Source of the DNA: Tubiluchus corallicola | Taxonomy: Eukaryota; Animalia; Priapulida | DNA length: 64,000 nucleotides | Direction of reading: 5' to 3' | NCBI GenBank assembly: GCA_030141605.1 | Contig: JAQGDQ010000039.1 | Span: 372,001 to 436,000 of the forward strand | In this document: one piece after another, positions 20,179-32,200 of the stretch | How positions within the stretch are numbered: the stretch's first letter is position 1 | Layout: every line of letters starts with the position of its first letter | Program-made: the position numbers and the translations under genes | The notes under the pieces: model-generated | What the model saw: the letters and a program-made list of their open reading frames with translations, nothing else | The model's database searches: none | Told to the model about the DNA's origin: nothing

Positions 20179-22360
20179 ATGATGTCTACAAGCATTCGAA
20201 ATATGTTGCTCTCTTTTCCAAAAATCTTGGTTATTGAACCTTTGACAGCAACGTACCAGAAGTCACCTTTTAGTTCGCATAGTAAAGGTGCAAGTAAAGA
20301 TAATGAACTTGATCCGTACAAGCAAGGCGCACACCCTAGAAAGCCATACGCACGCCGCTGGGGATATACTCCTGAGATTTATCGCGGTGGTATGTAAAAA
20401 TTGTTAACATAATCTGATTGTTATTTTGAATGATCCATATATGTTTAAAATTACCAGAAACAAAACTGAGTGGAAATAAAAATAATCACTTTTGATACAT
20501 CCAGAAGAATCAAGATGCGTCTAAGAACTTATACCAATGACTCCAGACACTCTGAGAACTTATATCCAATGACTCCATTCACTCTGAGAACTTACATACA
20601 GTGAGTCCAGTCACTCTGAGAACTTACATCCAATGATTCCAGTCACTCTAAGAACTTCTATATAATGATATACAATGACTCCAGTTACTCTAAGAACTTA
20701 TATACAATGACTCCAGTCACTCTGAGAACTTAGATCCTATGACCCCAGTTACTCTAAGAACTTATATCCAGTGATTCCTGTCACTTTGAGAACTTATATG
20801 CAATGACTCCTGTCACTCTGAGAACTTACATCCAATGACTCCAGCCAGCTCAAGAACTTACAGTATTTCCAATGGCTTCATTCAGCCTGATATTTCATCT
20901 AGTAACTTCTATCAGTTCAAAAATTCAGATGCAGTGACTCTAGTCAGTTCAAGAACTTAGATCCAAGGACTCCATTCACCTTAAGAACTTATATTTACTG
21001 AATTCTCACTGAATATAGTTCGAAGAGTTATAAAAGTGACTCTGATTAGTCCAAGAACAACACAAATGTTGAGAATAGAATGAAAATTAACAGCATATTA
21101 AAAATCATGGCATACAACAATGTAGCATGCTGTAAAGTTTTCTGCAGCAAGTTACGGAAAACACGATATTAAAAAATAGCATACTTAACATCAAACATTC
21201 AAATTAATTAATCTCAAGGAGACTGGAAATTAATATTCAGCAAGCAAAACAATTCTACACCTTCATTTTCCAAGATGTACTGACCTATATTTTTCTGGAA
21301 GAGTTGAGTAGATTCTGCACAATTATTTGTGATAAATCAATAAACAACATTGAATTTAAACTGAACTGTATTTGCAGGTCCTCTACCCAGAATTGATGAT
21401 GGTGAAAGAATTGTTAAAATGCCAACATACAAACCCAGGAATAGTTGGACCACTGAGAGAGCCTTATTTGGTCAGAATGACTATATTGGTAAGATTCCTT
21501 GCTCGATTATTTGCTTTAAAAATTGGTCTAACTTCTTAAACGATGCTGAAATCATAAATTATTTTTTTATGATTGTAATCATTTTAAACTGTCAGTTGTA
21601 AAATTTAAATATCTCCCCGTTTTTTAATGCTATCAAGTCTTCAAAGTGGTAATATTAATGGTTTTAATTTTAATATAAATTCTTTCTGAGTAGGTTGATA
21701 CCCTACAGCATGAAACAAGTAATAGTTGTGGTTTTGGGTTTTGGAGGTCTCAACTACATGAAATTTTAAATTATTTGACAATTTGTTAAGACCATAATAA
21801 TATAACATAAATTGTTGCTATGGTTTTTATTATTTTTTTTTACATTGCCTTGACAAATTAATAAACTTTTTTCCTTTACTATGTACAGCTTGAACTAATT
21901 TATATTGTAATTCTTAGCATTTGATGTTTTTTGTGCATTTATTTGACCATTTAAGAGACCTTTTTTTATTTTAAGCTCAGAGTACCCCTGTTTAGCCTGA
22001 CATGGAAACCTTAATCTGAACTAAATCTGCAAACACTACAAGACAATGTAATAGACTAATAGTCAACCATCACTGTCGGTAATCCTTATAAGTAATGCAA
22101 AACATTTCAATTGGTTTCTGTATTTTGCAGATATTCTTGGCGACGGCAACCTAGGACCACCTCATATGGTGCAGGATGGTCCACGTTGGGTACGGGGAGT
22201 TCCTAGGCACTGGGGCGAATTCGAGCACATCATACGAAAGAAAAAAATTATTGGGTCATTACTGAAAAGATATTATCCTTCTAGGTATAAGGATTTAAAC
22301 AAAAGAATCAGGTACTTGTACAACAGGTGGAACAAAAAATTCCAGCTTGGAAAGTTTTGA
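20179..22360 (+). CDS. MRPL51: Mitochondrial large ribosomal subunit protein mL51, 183 aa
   Basis: Exons 20179-20389, 21378-21488, 22131-22360 (552 nt, phases 1/1). Motifs WTTERALFGQNDYIDILG, GPRWVRG and LNKRIRYLYNRWN match the MRPL51 family as I recall it. AATAAA at 22895 and 22975. Confidence 0.93.
20520..20992. repeat. 32-bp minisatellite, about 14 copies, in an MRPL51 intron
   Basis: Consensus CAATGACTCCAGTCACTCTGAGAACTTATATC; AGAACTT recurs at 20555, 20587 and 20619. Confidence 0.95.
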
Positions 22361-22416
22361 GCTTAGACAAACTTTTAATTTTATTTAACTTTGCAAAAAT
22401 TAAAAATTAATTTATG

Positions 22417-22619
22417 AAATTACTTAGTTTATTTATTATAAAAATTGTTTAAAAGCATTTTAATGGTTAAACTCAGCAAGCGGCAAGCCAGTTTCCTTGT
22501 TCAGCCAATAATAATGCAGATTACTGGCTGAACAAGTAAACTGGCTTGCCACTTGCTGTGTCAAAGTTTATCTATTAAAATGTTTTTAATCAAATTTTAC
22601 AATGCTAAACAAGTAATTT
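22417..22619. repeat. Long inverted repeat (hairpin) in the predicted MRPL51 3' UTR
   Basis: Inner arms 22474-22507 and 22525-22558 are complementary at 32/34 positions; AT-rich outer arms extend imperfectly to about 90 bp. Confidence 0.9.
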
Positions 22620-23030
22620 AATTAGTTGGGTATTAGTTAATGATGACATGCATATCATAGATTACTCAGCTAATCAGTTCAGTTGGTTTGTGCTTCAAAT
22701 TCATGAGAACTTTTTTATCAAAACTGTCATGACTTGAAAAGCCCATTTCTAAAAAGAAGTAAGAAAACCCCTTAAATACCAAATACCTAATATGTATCGT
22801 TTAACATCCTGATGTAGCTTTCTTTCTTACGTTGCAATCTATATTTCTAGATATAAATTAATCTTTATAAAATTTAATCCTTCTTTCACTTGTAAATAAA
22901 AGATTTGTATAATATGTGCCTGTCTTGTAGTTGTAAACTTACACTTATAGTGAGAAATTGTAAGTTGTTTTAATAATAAAGTAATTTGACATTAACAACA
23001 TTCGACATTTTCATGTATCTGCTGTGGATC

Positions 23031-23500
23031 CAGAGGCGTGGCAAGGTGGAGCAACAGGGGGCAATCGCCCCTGTGCGCAAGAGTAAAGAGGGGGACACAA
23101 AATTCTAGAATTCAAAAACTGACTATTATTAATTACAGGTCCGACATTAACAAAATAATTGACAAAAGTTTTCAAGCTGCACCAAGATTTCCTAGCAAGA
23201 GGTCATTGTAGCCGACTCAATTACTACATACAGTCTAGAAAAAAGGCTGATGTTGTTATTTAACGGAGTGTGTAGGGTGTCATGTAGCTTAACAGATCAA
23301 TAATTTTGGGAGAAACAGTGGCCCCTAAATGCAGGTTGTATTATTGTGAAAACCACTAGTGTTCTGTATCTTTCATAATCTTTGCATGTTTTAATGCTGG
23401 AGCCGAATGTTTCACCTACGAAACAAATGATCAAAACATTAAAAGGCTAGGGTGCCAGGTTTTTCAAACCCATGTGCCACAAGCACTTGCTATGCCACTG
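23031..23500 (+). mobile_element. hAT-like MITE with TIRs and a degenerate 8-bp TSD
   Basis: Ends CAGAGGCGTGGCAAG / CTTGCTATGCCACTG; flanks TGTGGATC / TGCAGATC; interior homologous to 33690-33886. Confidence 0.8.
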
Positions 23501-24400
23501 TGCAGATCTTGAATTCATTGTTTCACAGTTCAAATCTGGGAATTTAATTGGTAAGCCTAAAGCTGACAAGATATGAGAAATTTGTGCTGTTCCTTGTCTG
23601 TTAAATTAAAATGTAGATGTGTTCACAAACAAGTTTTTGTGATTTCTGTCATATTGGATTCACGTAGACACTGGCCACAAGCAAGCAATTATCATAAAAT
23701 TATCAAATGATCACATATGAAGGCAGTGGATTTTAACCATTTACCATTAACATTATCTACCCACATTTTCTTACACAAATGATTTTCTGGTTATACTTTA
23801 TTATGACGAGCATTAAAACAGTTGAAATGTTTTTATCAAGTTGTTTTGTCAATTTTTTGCCAACTTTTCTCAACGTGACTGTAATTGACAGTGTAACTAC
23901 CATCTAGAGATATTCACTGAGATAAATAACAAAGTAAAACATACTTAGGAGAATAACTTTATTCATAGAAAATTTTTCACAACTGTATAAATTATATTAT
24001 ACACTATTAATTTTTATTCCTTGTTATTATTTAAAAAATGTTTAAACACTGAAAACAAGCTTGTACACTCAGGTGTTAAAAACCCACATGTAGCAAAAAT
24101 ACTTTCAATAAAAAATTATTTCTGCTTCTACGTAACAAGTACATGGATGATATCATGACAATAGAAATGATTAATGTGAAATCCACATTCACATGTGTTC
24201 CGACAGTTCCGTCACCGGAAATTCCATACGTACATATACATACCCATGTGTCTTTCAACTTTTGTATTCAATTAGATATGCAGCAATACTAATGAGAGCA
24301 TTCTGCCGTGCTAAATAAATTCAGAAAATATATCTTTCCAAACTTACATAATTATCTGTGTTATATAATAACTACCACAACTTATGTAACAATTATTGTC

Positions 24401-24774
24401 ATTATAAGATAAAACAACTTTTATAAAAATTTATGTTGCAAAACGTTAAAAACATGTCTCTAAACATTTCAACTGCAGCTTGCAGTCATCTACAATGATA
24501 AACTATACAAACAAAACAACCAGTTTTATAGGCTGAGCCTACAATACAGAAAATATTCACTAATTATGTATTTACAAGGAAGCCAAAATGTAATGAATAA
24601 ATAGACTTGTAAACAAAATAATTTGTGAATAATTTCTGTACTGCAGACTCTGCCAACTGGTTGTTTCTTTCAGTCACTGAAGATGACTGTAGGCTGCAGA
24701 CGAAACGTTTGGAGACATGTTTTTTAACGTTTTGTAAATTTAAAGTTTTAATAATAATTGTTTTCTTCTTATAA
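24401..24774. mobile_element. Penelope-like pLTR relic in inverted arrangement, carrying a minimal hammerhead motif
   Basis: Arms 24401-24491 and 24681-24774 are inverted copies; the right arm is preceded by and overlaps CTGAAGA (24677) - stem - CGAAACG (24701). Confidence 0.6.
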
Positions 24775-25475
24775 GCCTATGAGTGCCTGTATAAATTGAT
24801 TTAAAATTATTATCAATGGGGACCAAGTCACATAATAGCCCATAAATATAAAAATATACATGTCTATATGAAAAGGCTGAAGCACAATCAGTTTAACAAC
24901 CATCTATCATTAAAAAACGTATACAAAATATTTAAACCGTGTAAACCATGATTACATATACTGCTGCCTATTATGTAAATTCAGTAAAAAATCATTACAC
25001 CACACAGTACAAAAAAGCAGTGCGCTTACAAAGAGCAAACATTGACTGATAATTTCGCCTAAGCTCGATAATTCATTCAGACAAACTCCACAAGAAAACT
25101 TGCTAAAACAGAGCTGAAAATTGGACAGCTAAAGCAGCTTTCACACCATGGCAGAAAGTAATAAACAGTCAAAATCATAGTTAAATGATGTTAATTCAGC
25201 AAGTCAGATCTGTAAAATCTGGGAAAATCTGTTTTTAGGTAGGCTAATATTGCAAAACATTTTCATTACAAATTAACACTTAATAAGCCTTATGATGTTT
25301 AAGGAATTTAGAGCTGAATTTTTGTTGCACTACTTCATAAGATTCACATCACAGCCATACTGCTCCAGAAGTTATTTACTGAACCAACGTACATGAGTAT
25401 AATGACTAAATGTTAATACAGAGCTGTTGCATTTAAGACATTTAGAACAAAAGGTGGTTATACTAAAAGAGATAC

Positions 25476-26088
25476 TACAGTAACTACAGGAAATTTCGTA
25501 TAACTAAGGACTGGAAAATTTGTTCTAGTTATGCGAGAGTATGAGTTAGACCCTGTTCATAAGAAAACAAGACAGAGTCGCTCATTAACGTCGGACAATA
25601 CATTACACTGACTACAGCCTGTGAAAATGACAAACTGAGCCTACAACCATATATCAAACAGGAGTTTTTATGAATAATTCAAAAATAAAATGAGTGTCTC
25701 ACCTCTATTGTAGTTTGAGTAGCACGGTTGACAGAATTCGGCAACAATAATATTGTGATCTACAGATGAAACCATGTTCGTTAAGAAATGTTGTGTGTAG
25801 CATTCTGCTACAGTAATACGAAAAATCTTAGCATTTTTGCAGAAACTAGCAGGTAAAATCGTAATGTGGTGCACAGTTTTGTGTAGGATTTTTCGCTTGT
25901 GAGGTTGTTCGAGATAGATGTGATAATTTCAGTTACATTCTTATGAATTGTACAGGAAATTTGGTTTGAGTTACACGATAATTCGAGTTTCGCGATGTTT
26001 GGTGAAGGGAAAATCTGTTCCATGAGATCTGTTCGAGATACGCAAGAATTAGAGTTACACCAGTTCGAGTTATGCATAGTTTACGGTA
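25476..26088. mobile_element. pogo/Tigger-like MITE
   Basis: TA-CAGTAA...GTTTACGG-TA termini with repeated subterminal TTCGAGTTA-like motifs. Confidence 0.55.
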
Positions 26089-26272
26089 GTGAAAAAAGAG
26101 GACACTGAGAACTAGTTAGGATTACTATCACGTGCAATACTACCAACAGTGCAAGAATCACTAAGTACAAAGACTCTTAGCATGTCAACTATGGAGAATA
26201 TTACAAGTTTGAGCTTAACAGCCACTAGAAATTTGAAGCTGAAAAGGTTAAATTTTGCTCTCTACTGAATGA

Positions 26273-29200
26273 TCAATGCACGCTGTGATGAGTGGCATTG
26301 TAGTTGTATCCCCTCGCCTGCGAGTGGGCAACGGCAATCTGTAAACATCGTACCCATTGCTCAGCATTCTTGCTGTCCTTTGCTTTGAACACGTACGTCC
26401 TGTCTTGTGTGAAGATTTCAAATACCTTGGGTATGCTACGTACGCCCCGTCCAACAGCTTTCACGCTCTGAATTTGACGCACGTCAATAGGACAATCATC
26501 ACGCTTGTGCTGCAAGAAGAGTAAAAATCAATGCGCTGAATCGGTAAAGAGTGTTACCTTAAAAAACGTTGACCATTGAAGCAGTAAAGTACTAATTAGC
26601 AATAATGTTGATTTTTTAATTAAATTTGTCACTTGTAAGTAATTAATTAAGTTTGTGATTAATTTACATTACAAATACATTAATACATTAGTTTAGTAAA
26701 AAGATACTCATACAGTGAAATACTATGGTTCATCAATATAAAATCATAACATTATGTAGTACATATATATACTAATATACTTTTTTTGCAATAAAATGGA
26801 TTACAATGAATTACAGTCCTCAGTATTAAAAATATTTTCAATATTAAAACACTGTTAAAGGCAAAAGTGGTGCAAAACAGTATATAATGAACGAAAGACC
26901 AAATTTACATCAATTTGTCACAATATACACATTACAATCATATATAATACATAACAAAAATTAATTGCACAGATAACCATTTTAATTTACGAAATATGAG
27001 TTGCGAATTTATAATTAAAGAAAGTTCTCTTTCAGTTATTGGGGATGTGGGTATACAAAATCTGCATAAAAAAAGTTTACATCAGTTGGTATTTGAAATC
27101 TACTTAGTTGGTATTGTTCCAGTTTCTTTTCCAAAATAGTTAGTGATTTTGATGGTTTAGTAATAGATGCGAGCTCCATAGACAAATTATTTGCTTGCAT
27201 ATTGAATTATTATCAAATTTGTTGTTTATTTGAATTTGCTTTAGGTTATTAGTGCAGCTATTCCGATCAGTAGCTGACAAGAAAGGAAGTAATTCAAAAA
27301 CTCGCGTAATTTACTTAAAATGCCAGTGGTATGAAAACAATAAGAGAGAGAGTAACACAGAAACAGAGAGAGAAGAGCAGCTGAAGCCGAAAAAGTACAC
27401 AGAAAAGCAAAACATACAACAATGCAAGGGTTGCTAAACGAAACAATGACACATAAAAGCAGGCAAGCTTTACCGAAGATCCTTTGTATGTTAAGCGAGC
27501 ACCAGAGAGCGTAAAGTACCGAGTTCTCCACCTCCTAAACAATTTCCACCTTCCCTTTTTCTCTTTTAGTTGTCCCTGTAATAAAAAATGTTTAATTCAA
27601 TATGATATTAATGTACACATACACTGCTTTTTACCTGCTAACAATCATGGACCATTATAGAAATAACAGCTTAGAAAACTATTTATAATCTATCCATGTA
27701 AAAAATAAATTCTCAGTTATTCTTATTCTTAATATAGCTAAGCACATGTACAGCATCTGTAAGGTAGGATTACGGCACAAAGAGATTGTCATCTGTTTTG
27801 TCCGCAATAAGTAAAAATGCCCTAGAAGCTTCCCCATAAACAGATGCTACATTATTTGCAGGACCAGATTCGGATACCACGTTTGAATAATGGCAGAAAC
27901 TGCTTTATGCAAATATGTGATACATACTTCAATCACGGGATCACCATCGTCCAGCACCAAGGCTCGCTCAGGATGGACACACAGAAAACATGCCCAACTC
28001 CGTTTACTACTGATATATTCAAACACATCGAAGTAACGAGCTCGTTTTACCTCGTCTAGAAGAATCTCTTGCTCCTGAAATGAAGGTAGTGTGTAAACAA
28101 AAACAATATGATACAGAAATTGTTTACAATTTACTTTGATAAAATTAGAGTTTAAATAGCCACTTCATTTAATATTTTTATTCATAACAGGAGTTGTGAA
28201 ACTTAATTTTATAATCCAATAATGGTTTGTAACCCATTTTTAACTAACATTTAAGTTAAAATAAAACTCATCATCCAACCATGACAGCAAAATCATCAAA
28301 ATCCATAGTTTAAACTCAGAAAACATATATGTCAGATAGTAGAACAAGTTCATACTACTGCTAGCTCTGGTTACTGATGCACAGTTTAGGCTTACAACCA
28401 GTAATGCTGACGAAGTGGAATATATTAAACCATAAAAAAGAATTACATATTGGATTTGCAATACCTATTATAAAGCAGCTATATCAGGGCCAGGCTCACC
28501 CTCCCAACTTTTTAGCCAAAGCTTTGGCCACAGCCAATTTTTCTAAACTTTTTCAAAAGTGATGAATAATTTTTGCATTGTAGTAAGAGTATAATGAAAG
28601 CATTAATAAATTTGTCACGAGTTTAGTCACATGATATTTTCTTTGACCTTTTCAGTTTTTGACTAAAGGTTGTATAAGCCGAGCGGGCAATACACTCGTT
28701 TGTTTAACACATTAACTGTAATTTACCGACACATATATTAAGTCATTTCATTATATACTTTTGTACCAGCAGCAATGAATCAAGCTTAGGCGTAATCACT
28801 GCAGTTTTTAGAGGCACATAATTGTACAAACTTATACATGTACAACAATTCAATAAAGAACAAATATTACACAATTAATGTGACGATACACAAATCTGTA
28901 TGGTACCATGTAGAAACATAATGTAAGTTAATTTGCATAAATAGACCTACTTTGATAGATGGAAAGGCTGATGTGATTAAGGCCACAAAACTCTTTCCAT
29001 CATTTTTAACTGAATCCCAGGTGGACTTCAATGCCATAACTTGCTGGTCGTCCTTTGTAAGAGATTTTTCTGAGCGAGCCTAAAACACATCACATAGCAC
29101 ATTAATGAAATCAAAAAAGACACACATACATTAAAACTGATGAAATAACAAATGCTGATTTTTTTCACAAAAATAGCCCCAAGTCAAGTCAATGGGGTTA

Positions 29201-32200
29201 TTTTATTCAAAGTAATATAAGTAGCAAAAATAAAAGGCGAGGATATGAATATGTCGGGAGAAATAGAATGTTGTGTTATCAGGGAAACAGTTTTCTGCCA
29301 AAGAATTACAAAAATAAGACACTTGACGCAGCTATGCAGTCATACACTTTTTAAAAAATACATTCAAAACTTCTCTTAATTCAAGCAAGTGTACTGTACA
29401 TAAAACCACATCACTACAGGATGGGCAGAATTTATTGACTGTCAAATGAGACAAATGTATAGCATTAGATTTTATATGAAATCTTTACCTTTGCAAAATG
29501 CAACAAAGCAAGCAGAATGGTCTTGATTTACAAATATTTAGCTAAGCTAAAATTAAAGGTATTGCAACTTTGACTAGCTTTAAATAATGAAAAAAAATAT
29601 GGCTGTTAATTTAGGATAGCTTGATAAGTTCCAGTTGTTAACATCGTTTTACCAGCTTAAAGACTTCAAAAAGTAATCATGAAACAATATAAAACATTCA
29701 CAATAACATATTCACAAACATTATGAAAAAAATAGTAATAGGTTGCTAGAAATACTATGTTAGGCTATTTGTTTCGCTTTCGTTGCCTCATATTAGCTGC
29801 AACATCACTCTGCCTGCCTCAAATACCAGAGTAACAAACCTGTAGAGTCAGAAACATCATGTGAATCCAAATGCGAGGGTAACGTGTCTTCATAGTTAAG
29901 TACGTATGATTGTACAGACAGTGTTCCCCACGTTCTGCACATGCAAAATATACCTTGCCGTATCGCTTTGTGCGATTGCCTAAAAAGAAAATCAATATGT
30001 AGGCAAGCTTTGTACAACTCCCAAATACCGTTAGACTTTTCAAAACGTGAAACAATAACAATCAAAAAACACTGGAAAGACGTTTACAAAACTACAAATT
30101 TGAGTTTGAACCAAAATCATTCATGTTGATCTTGAACCACTTGCAAAAGGTCATCATATAGCAAAGGCAAAAACTCTGTTTTAAACTTTTCATATTCAAT
30201 ATAAACCACCTTTAACCTAAGTAGAAAGTTGGCTTAGCAAAAAATATTTCCATAATCCATGTTTTGCAAAACCTTTTGTCTGTGGCATATCTAGTAAGCG
30301 AGCTAATGGAGCAACCACTACCCCGAGCACATTTTTCAAAATTGGAGCCTTCCAACAACCTGCCTTATTAGTTTATTTCACCAAAGTGCTTCCAGTGTTT
30401 TTGAAATGAGCATGCATTTAAGCAACTCATTTGTCAACGTTGACTGATTGAACCAAGAATCAAATTGCCCCAAATCTATTTATTATAATATATTCTTGTC
30501 ACATGCTGATACTGTCTGTTGCAGCATAAACAAGCATATAATTGCTTCGTGTGTCGCGATGCCTTTTACTGTGTGTCATGGCACCATTTTTATGTGCTTG
30601 CTCTCCCTAATATTAGAACCTGGCTATGCCCCCTGGCATTAGAACCCTGTCTTTTGCATGATGCTACAACAATGAATCTGCAAGGTGCAAATTCCGTATA
30701 AAAAAATCACACAGTTATAAAAGTCATAAAAGATGTCTTTAGCATCCATAATAAACTTGAATCATTTCATACCTCGGAAATCGGCAATACAATTTGAAGG
30801 CATCGGAATGCGAAAGACGATGTTATTACTGATAAAGTTGTTGATTTTGTCCAAGTGTTTAGTACAAAACTGTCGAATAGGATCATGCGGCCTCTCACCA
30901 ACTTGATGCTTAAATGAACATTGTACACAATTTCATTTACATTTCATAACAAGTAAAATAATAAACAACAAATTAATAACTATACACTGTACTTAAATCA
31001 GTGTTGACAAAAAATATATTCACTGAACTACATAAAAATCCGAGTATTGCCACAGCATAAACTTGTTGCAAATACAATGAAATCTGTTGACGACAGTAAC
31101 TTTATGTTATAAAAAATAAGCTACTAATCGTTTCGTAAAAGAGTAGTATAATATAAAGGGGAAGCAAGATTCTACTGTTAAAAAAGAATAACACCAAAAA
31201 AGACAACAAAAGTCTCAAAGAAACTCGGTATCCCAAATAGTTTCTGCCTGCTACACAACACAGCGTAACTCAAGCTGTTACACTAACACTAATTTATTAA
31301 ATTAAACTGTACCTCACAAGAATATAAAGTAACCAAAAAATGAAAGTGTTCAAACTCACAGCTGTTAGTGTCCTATAAGAGCTGCCATTTGTGAGTGTGC
31401 TTTGAGAACTACGTTCCGACTGCTGACTGTGACTCCGTACCGACTTCAAACTCTCTGGATGACTTGCTCGTAGACCAGTGCGAGAATGAACCTAATAAAA
31501 GGACATTCTGTTTATTTAATACATTCAAGCGACATTTCAAGTGTTGTACCAAACACGCTGTACATTCGTCACACAAGTGCAGTTGCATAAACAACACATC
31601 AACCTGAACATATCGCAAAACCACTTAGAAGTGGGATGCCAGCTTATTTATGCGAGTCAAAATAAACGAATATTAAAAATACATGTAAATAAATAAACAA
31701 ATAAATAATGAAAGATTAAAAAGAAAGACGGGAAAAAAGAAAGGATGAAAGAAAATGAAAAATTCTCTTATTTATTTATTGTTTTTTATTTATCCACCCA
31801 TAGTGGTGACAACATTTACCCATTCATTTCTAATTCTGAGCAGTATAGGTGGGATAAAAAGAAGAGGAAAAGAAAGAAAAAAGAATAATTGGAATAACCG
31901 AATAATGGAACAAACGGACAGATGGAATAACAGAACTAAAAGAATGACAACAAATTTTAACAAATCGCGAATCAGTGAACAAATGTATAAAAAATTAAAT
32001 GAACAGATGAAACAATCAATAAACAAATAAATACATAAATAAATAGAGTTAACAACAATATAATAACACTAATAATAAATGAATAAAGAACACATGAATG
32101 GACATGATCATTCAAAAATGTTATGATGTGTGTCATGTGATCAGTGTGATACCAGCTACAGAAAATAGTGTTACCAATTTCAAAAAGTGTGTGATATGTG

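Noticed and set aside
20520-20992. 32-bp repeats as a CRISPR array or coding repeat
   Set aside because: No spacers, unit not a multiple of 3, and it lies inside an MRPL51 intron.
31409-31624. ORF-track frame GSFSHWSTS as the melted exon
   Set aside because: It ends in a stop; the phase-0 frame VHSRTG...RTLTA (31491-31360) is open and ends at a GTGAGT donor.
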